From assembly GCA_964014485.1 (NCBI GenBank), contig CAXHAT010000232.1, positions 1 through 11,270 of the forward strand: a stretch of 11,270 bases of DNA, in the 5' to 3' direction. Both the position numbers and the translations under genes were made by a program. Shown in pieces: positions 6,387 through 11,270 of this stretch. Origin of the DNA: an uncultured Deferribacteres bacterium. Lineage in GTDB: Bacteria; Zhuqueibacterota; Zhuqueibacteria; Zhuqueibacterales; Geothermadaptataceae. Each line of letters begins with the position of its first letter. The stretch's first letter is position 1. Below the pieces are notes generated by a model that saw only the letters and a list, made by a program, of their open reading frames with translations, did no database searches and had not been told where the DNA came from.

Positions 6387-6770
6387 CTATTTTTTTGATT
6401 TTAAAGAAATCGCCGCAATCGAATCAGCAACTTCTCTTCTTCTTTTGTTCTCCATCTCCAAATTCGCAACCACGAGCTTGTAAAAATCCGCCCAGCGGTC
6501 AAGGTCCTGTTCATAGAACGCAATTTGCATTTTCAAATCTTCGCGTGAGATTTTTTTTGCGCCCAGTAAGGAATCGACCTGTGCTGCGGCGGTCAAACTG
6601 TCGTTCAAACTATGAAAAACAACGGTCTGGGTATAAAGTTCAGCAAATTCTTCCATCGTCAACTTATGCGGGGCGTTCTGAACTTCACAGCCGCTGATCA
6701 TGAAGAAAACCATCAAACATAGATTTAGCGGAGAAACGATCAACCGTTGCAGAAAGTCTTGGATTTTCAT
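6387..6770 (-). CDS. Predicted lipoprotein, DUF4296-like (127 aa)
   Basis: Hydrophobic leader with lipobox ISG-C28 and a helical body (EEFAELY…DSLL…ISREDL…FY…WADFYKLVVANL). The family assignment comes from pattern recall only. Confidence 0.65.
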   Translation of the reverse strand: MKIQDFLQRLIVSPLNLCLMVFFMISGCEVQNAPHKLTMEEFAELYTQTVVFHSLNDSLTAAAQVDSLLGAKKISREDLKMQIAFYEQDLDRWADFYKLVVANLEMENKRRREVADSIAAISLKSKK

Positions 6771-6824
6771 TTCAAGTTGGACTGTACTTGCGCCATTGTT
6801 TGCCAGCTATTTGGGTGCGAGCGG

Positions 6825-6853
6825 AAGCTATTTATTCCGCTCAGAAAAGTCAA
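6825..6853 (-). promoter_or_regulatory. Putative sigma70 promoter for the leftward cluster
   Basis: Minus strand reads TTGACT-N17-TAGCTT, ending 54 nt upstream of ATG 6770. Confidence 0.5.
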
Positions 6854-6884
6854 TCTTTCTCCGCCTCTGCGAGTGAGAAACAGC

Positions 6885-6913
6885 TTGCTTTAATACGCCG
6901 CAGTGGCTATTTT
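6885..6913 (+). promoter_or_regulatory. Putative sigma70 promoter for radA
   Basis: TTGCTT-N17-TATTTT, back-to-back with the leftward promoter. Confidence 0.45.
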
Positions 6914-6936
6914 CGACGCTTTCTGAACTTGGCTCC

Positions 6937-6958
6937 GCCGCAGATCGCGGCTTTTTTT
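6937..6958 (+). terminator. Intrinsic-terminator-like hairpin in the radA leader
   Basis: GCCGC-AGATC-GCGGC immediately followed by T7. Confidence 0.4.
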
Positions 6959-6974
6959 ATGCTCTATTCACCAA

Positions 6975-8339
6975 ATGTCTAAAAGAGACAAAATCCAATA
7001 CACATGCCAGACGTGCGGTTACATCGCGCTGCGCTGGCTTGGCAAATGCCCGGAATGCAATTCCTGGAATTCGTTGGTTGAAGAACGGCCAATTGTAGAG
7101 CAAAGCGGCGGAAAAAGACACAAAGGCGCAACCGGCGGCGCTCCAGTGCAGCTCAAAGACGTCGATTTTCATGAAGAAGCGCGCATCGGTTTTCGAAGCG
7201 GCGAACTCAACCTTGTTTTGGGCGGCGGATTGGTTCCGGGCTCGCTTGTTCTGATCGGCGGCGATCCTGGCGTTGGCAAGTCGACGCTGCTCTTACAAGA
7301 AGCGGCGCATCTGGCAAACGACGATTTTACCGTTCTTTACGTCACAGGGGAGGAATCCAATCGGCAGGTCAAATTGCGCGCGGAACGGCTCGATTTGGAC
7401 GGCGACGCGCTTTTTTTGCTCGCAGAAACCAATCTCGACGCCATCATGGCCGCTGTAAAAAAGGTGAAGCCAAATTTGATGATCGTAGACTCGATTCAAA
7501 CGGTTTACCAACCGGCTTTTGAAAGCGCGCCGGGCAGCATTTCACAGGTTCGTGAGTGCGCTCTGTCGTTTCTTGCCTGTGCAAAGGAGCAAAATTTTCC
7601 AATAGTTCTGGTCGGTCATATCACGAAAGAGGGCTCGCTGGCTGGTCCAAAGGTTTTGGAGCACATGGTCGACACGCTATTGCAATTTGAAGGCGATCAG
7701 AATCAATATTTTCGCATTCTGCGATCAGTCAAAAACCGATTTGGCTCAACGCGTGAAATCGGCATTTTCGAAATGGATGAGCGCGGATTACACGACGTTA
7801 AAAATCCTTCCGAGATTTTTCTTTCACAGCGCACGGTTTCCGCTTCAGGCTCGGCGGTTATCTGCACGCTGGAAGGCACCCGCCCGATTTTGGTCGAGGT
7901 GCAGGCCTTGGCTACGACGACAAATTACGGTACGCCGCAAAGAACCGCGACCGGCTTCGACGGCAAAAAACTTTCACTCTTGCTCGCGGTGCTCGAAAAA
8001 CGCATTGGCCTGAGATTAGGCGCTTTTGACGTATTTCTTAACGTCGTCGGCGGGGTTAGGCTGGATGAACCCGCGGCGGATTTTGGCGTTGCGGCCGCGA
8101 TTGCTTCATCAATGCAAAACATGCCGCTGCCCGACGATTCAGTGCTTATCGGCGAAATTGGTTTGACCGGGGAAATTCGGTATGTACCGCAGTTAGACAA
8201 GCGCATTAACGAAGCGGCGAAGCTCGGATTTTCTCGCGCTTTTGTGCCGCCGATGTCAGGCAAAGCAGTGCCTACGCCAAAGAATTTTGAACTTGTGGAG
8301 TGCAATCGTCTTGACAAGGCGTTGGATTTGTTGATTTAA
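6975..8339 (+). CDS. radA: DNA repair protein RadA/Sms
   Basis: N-terminal C4 zinc finger (CQTCG…WLGKCPEC), Walker A GGDPGVGKST, Walker B IVDSIQ, the RadA motif KNRFG, and a C-terminal Lon-like domain (GEIGLTGEIR). Confidence 0.98.
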   Translation: MSKRDKIQYTCQTCGYIALRWLGKCPECNSWNSLVEERPIVEQSGGKRHKGATGGAPVQLKDVDFHEEARIGFRSGELNLVLGGGLVPGSLVLIGGDPGVGKSTLLLQEAAHLANDDFTVLYVTGEESNRQVKLRAERLDLDGDALFLLAETNLDAIMAAVKKVKPNLMIVDSIQTVYQPAFESAPGSISQVRECALSFLACAKEQNFPIVLVGHITKEGSLAGPKVLEHMVDTLLQFEGDQNQYFRILRSVKNRFGSTREIGIFEMDERGLHDVKNPSEIFLSQRTVSASGSAVICTLEGTRPILVEVQALATTTNYGTPQRTATGFDGKKLSLLLAVLEKRIGLRLGAFDVFLNVVGGVRLDEPAADFGVAAAIASSMQNMPLPDDSVLIGEIGLTGEIRYVPQLDKRINEAAKLGFSRAFVPPMSGKAVPTPKNFELVECNRLDKALDLLI

Positions 8340-8360
8340 CCCAAGTTGTGACCGAGGGTA

Positions 8361-8440
8361 GAAGGAGTGCTAGGCTTGCCTTGTTTTTGCGCCGAAAGCT
8401 TTTTCATTCAGAAGAAGCAAAGCAAGCTTTGCACTCCCTC
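8361..8440. repeat. REP-like inverted doublet (GGAGTGC…GCACTCC) between radA and tgt
   Basis: The 28-nt arms 8361-8388 and 8413-8440 are 22/28 complementary. Each arm is itself palindromic (GCAAAGC-AA-GCTTTGC; AGGC-TT-GCCT). Confidence 0.7.
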
Positions 8441-8470
8441 CAGCTTCAGTGGGAACGACGATGAAGAAAA

Positions 8471-9625
8471 GTGAATAACGACTTCCAATTCCAGCATTTT
8501 AAAACCGCGAAAAACAGCCGGGCTCGCTTTGGGCGAATCGTCACTGCGCACGGCCAAATTTCAACCCCGACGTTTATGCCCGTTGGGACGCAAGGCACGG
8601 TTAAAGGCCTCACGCCTGATGAATTGCGAGGTGCGGGAAGTCAAATAATTCTTGGCAACACCTACCATCTTTATTTGCGTCCGGGGCTTGAAATTCTAAA
8701 ACAGGCGGGCGGATTGCACAAGTTCGCCGACTGGCCGTTCCCGATTCTCACGGACAGCGGCGGATTTCAGGTTTTTAGCTTGGCGGGGTTGCGAAAAATC
8801 CATGAAAACGGCGTGCGTTTCCAGTCGCACATTGACGGCAGCTATCACGAATTTACGCCCGAAAATGTGATGGAAAAACAACGGGCCATCGGCGCTGACA
8901 TTATCATGGCATTCGATGAATGTCCGCCGTTTGGCGCTGAAAAAAAATACATCGCTGAATCGAATTTAAAAACCATTGCCTGGGCGAAACGCTGCCTTGA
9001 GGATTGGCGGGAAAAAGAACCGTTTTACGGTTACGAGCAAGCTCTTTTCGGCATCGTCCAGGGCGGCACGTTTTCAGAAATAAGGCGCGCGAGCGCGGAA
9101 GCATTGGTCGAACTTGATTTCCCCGGCTACGCGCTTGGCGGACTCGCGGTCGGCGAACCGGCGGAGAGCATGTATGATATGACGGAATTGACGACTGAAA
9201 TTCTGCCGGAAGATAAGCCGCGCTACCTGATGGGCGTCGGTAAGCCGGAGAATCTGGTGGAAGCCGTCCATCGCGGCGTCGACATGTTCGATTGCGTGAT
9301 CCCGACGCGAAACGGACGCAAGGGCCAGGCGTTTTTTTCCGACGGCGTGATCAACTTGCGCAACGCCAAATTCAAAGATGATTTTTCGCCAATCGATCAA
9401 GCCTGTGAATGTTATTGTTGCCGTCGTTTCACAAGGGCCTATCTCAGGCATTTATTTCAAGCGCAAGAGATGCTTGGTTTAAAAATGGTGAGCTTACACA
9501 ACATATATTTCTTTAATAATTTGATGACGAAAATGCGTGAAGCGATTGAGAAAGATAATTTCGAAACGTGGCGGAGCGCGTTTTATCGAGACTACGAAGT
9601 ACCAAAACAAAGGAGAGTGGCGTGA
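8471..9625 (+). CDS. tgt: tRNA-guanine(34) transglycosylase (queuine tRNA-ribosyltransferase)
   Basis: TPTFMPVGT, NTYHLYLRPG, TDSGGFQVFSL, GIVQGG, KPRYLMGVG, DMFDCVIPTR and zinc site CECYCC…H. GTG start. Confidence 0.98.
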   Translation: MNNDFQFQHFKTAKNSRARFGRIVTAHGQISTPTFMPVGTQGTVKGLTPDELRGAGSQIILGNTYHLYLRPGLEILKQAGGLHKFADWPFPILTDSGGFQVFSLAGLRKIHENGVRFQSHIDGSYHEFTPENVMEKQRAIGADIIMAFDECPPFGAEKKYIAESNLKTIAWAKRCLEDWREKEPFYGYEQALFGIVQGGTFSEIRRASAEALVELDFPGYALGGLAVGEPAESMYDMTELTTEILPEDKPRYLMGVGKPENLVEAVHRGVDMFDCVIPTRNGRKGQAFFSDGVINLRNAKFKDDFSPIDQACECYCCRRFTRAYLRHLFQAQEMLGLKMVSLHNIYFFNNLMTKMREAIEKDNFETWRSAFYRDYEVPKQRRVA

Positions 9626-9930
9626 ACCACATTTTGTCGATTTTTCTTGTCGCCCCGCCGCCTGGAGGCGAATCCAATATGCTCGGCCTTTTACTGCCCA
9701 TGGTCGTCATATTTTTTATCATGTATCTTTTTATGATCCGTCCGCAAGTCAAAAAACAAAAGAAACACCAGGCCATGCTTGAAGCCTTGGGCAAGGGTGA
9801 CAAGGTTGTGACCAGCGGCGGCATTTACGGCAAGATCGTTGAGAAAAAGGAGCATTCTTTTTTGGTCGAGATCGCGCCGAAAATCAAGATCGAAGTCCAA
9901 AAAACCGCGATTGGAAGGAAGGCTGAGTAG
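9622..9930 (+). CDS. yajC: Preprotein translocase subunit YajC (102 aa)
   Basis: FFIMYLFMIRPQVKKQKKHQAMLEALGKGDKVVTSGGIYGKI. Start revised to GTG 9622, which has AGGAG at 9611-9615 and a GTGA overlap with the tgt stop. Confidence 0.95.
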   Translation: MNHILSIFLVAPPPGGESNMLGLLLPMVVIFFIMYLFMIRPQVKKQKKHQAMLEALGKGDKVVTSGGIYGKIVEKKEHSFLVEIAPKIKIEVQKTAIGRKAE

Positions 9931-9933
9931 AGA

Positions 9934-10473
9934 ATGGCATTGTTGGAAATTATTAAATACGGCGATCCGGTTTTGCGGCAGGAGGCCGCTCCGGTCGAAC
10001 AGTTTGACGACGAATTGTTTGAGCTCGTCGATGATATGATTGAAACCATGCAGGCCGCCAACGGCATCGGCTTGGCGGCGCCTCAAGTCAATGTTTCCAA
10101 AGCGCTGTGCGTCGTTGACGTCGGCCTGATCGAGGAAGGGAGAGAGCCGCAAGCTTTTGTGAATCCTGAGATTCTGGAAGAATTTGGCGACAAGGCGGTT
10201 CGGGAAGAAGGCTGCCTCAGCATCCCGGACATTAGCGAAGACGTTGAGCGGATCGAAGGCGTTCGCGTGCGCTACCAGGACTTGTCGGGGGAAACTCATG
10301 AGATTCAGGTAAACGAACTTTTCGCGCGTGTATTGCAGCATGAGATTGATCATCTGAACGGCGTCTTTTTCACCGACAGGCTGTCTGCGCTCAAGCGGAA
10401 GCTACTTTCCAAAAAATTGCGCAAAATCGCGGCTGAAGCAAAAGAAGAAAGGTTACTCAGGCGAGCCAAATGA
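9934..10473 (+). CDS. def: Peptide deformylase
   Basis: All three PDF motifs are present: GIGLAAPQV, EGCLSIP and QHEIDHLNG. Confidence 0.98.
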   Translation: MALLEIIKYGDPVLRQEAAPVEQFDDELFELVDDMIETMQAANGIGLAAPQVNVSKALCVVDVGLIEEGREPQAFVNPEILEEFGDKAVREEGCLSIPDISEDVERIEGVRVRYQDLSGETHEIQVNELFARVLQHEIDHLNGVFFTDRLSALKRKLLSKKLRKIAAEAKEERLLRRAK

Positions 10474-11251
10474 GTAGCACTGATAAACCAAAAATCGTCT
10501 TCATGGGCACGCCGGACTTTGCGGTTGAAAGCGCGCAAGCCTTGAGCGACGCCGGCATACAAATCGTTGCTGTCGTGACCGTGCCGGACAAGCCCGCCGG
10601 TCGCGGACGCAAGGTGCGGCAGTCGCCCATGAAAGCCTGGGCGGAAACTCAAAACCTTCCAATCTTTCAGCCCGCTGATTTGCGAGAACCCGATTTTATC
10701 ACTTCCCTCGAGAGCTTCGATGCGGATGTTTTTGTCGTTGTGGCTTTTCGCATCTTGCCGAGAGAAGTTTTCACCATCCCGCCGTTTGGCGCCATCAATC
10801 TTCACGGCTCGCTTCTGCCGAAATTTCGCGGGGCGGCTCCAATTAATTGGGCGCTGATCAGCGGCGAAAAAGAAACCGGCGTCACGACATTTGTCATTGA
10901 CGAAAAAGTGGATACCGGACAAGTGCTTCTCAAGTCTTCAACGCCAATTGGCGAAAACGAGAATTTTGGCGAATTGTACGGACGGCTCAAAAAGATCGGC
11001 GCCGCTCTGCTGGTCGAATCAGTTGAAAAATATGTAAAGGGCGAATTGAAACCTCAAACTCAAGAAGGAATTCCGACCAAAGCGCCTAAAATCACACCGG
11101 AGCTTCGGCGCATCGATTGGAATCAACCGGCGGAAAAAGTTCGCAATCTCGTGCGCGGACTTTCACCCGTGCCTTGCGCCTTTACGACGCTCGACGGTAA
11201 GACTTTGAAGATTTTTTTCTGCGATACGAGCGACAAAACGGACGCGGATAA
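10470..11251 (+). CDS. fmt: Methionyl-tRNA formyltransferase; 3'-truncated by the adapter
   Basis: ATGA overlap with the def stop. Manual translation: MSSTDKPKIVFMGTPDFAV…VVTVPDKPAGRG…VVAFRILP…INLHGSLLPKFRGAAPINWALISGEKETGVTTF…DTG. Open up to the adapter and not in the ORF track. Confidence 0.97.
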
Positions 11252-11270
11252 CTGTCTCTTATACACATCT
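11252..11270 (-). other. Library artefact: Tn5 mosaic end / Nextera adapter read-through
   Basis: Exact CTGTCTCTTATACACATCT interrupting fmt mid-gene. Confidence 0.98.

Noticed and set aside
8340..8470. preQ1 riboswitch or tRNA upstream of tgt
   Set aside because: No preQ1-I pattern (short stem with an A-rich 3' tail in the right arrangement) and no cloverleaf or T-loop is visible. The spacer is explained by the palindromic doublet.
9691..10990. Long minus-strand ORFs (9691-10353, 10350-10922 and others)
   Set aside because: Antisense to the clearly identified yajC, def and fmt.
27..11270. 19-bp perfect terminal inverted repeats suggesting a Tn5-like composite transposon carrying the whole region
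   Set aside because: These are the synthetic mosaic end in tagmentation orientation, joined to Illumina primer sequence. There is no transposase, and housekeeping genes are cut mid-frame.

Overview
An 11.27 kb bacterial fragment with Illumina Nextera/Tn5 adapter sequence left on both ends (1-45 and 11252-11270), so the real insert is 46-11251. The right half is housekeeping: radA, tgt, yajC, def and a truncated fmt. Gene order and protein style suggest an FCB-superphylum lineage such as KSB1, Calditrichota or Ignavibacteria (inference). The left half is accessory. It has a minus-strand cluster (DUF4296-like lipoprotein, aldo/keto reductase, short AraC, VOC protein, membrane protein), a stand-alone TonB-plug-like lipoprotein, and a two-gene unit of a 554-aa lipoprotein plus a truncated amidase-signature enzyme with a Tat-like leader. 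The amidase and fmt are missing from the ORF track because they run into the adapters. The most striking observation is that the 554-aa lipoprotein carries the protein-kinase-like catalytic motifs in the right order (VIK, helix-C Glu, HYDTKANN = HxDxKxxN, IDFG), making it a candidate extracytoplasmic kinase. Three different palindromic repeat (REP/MITE-like) elements lie in intergenic gaps, two of them with compensatory base changes between their arms.
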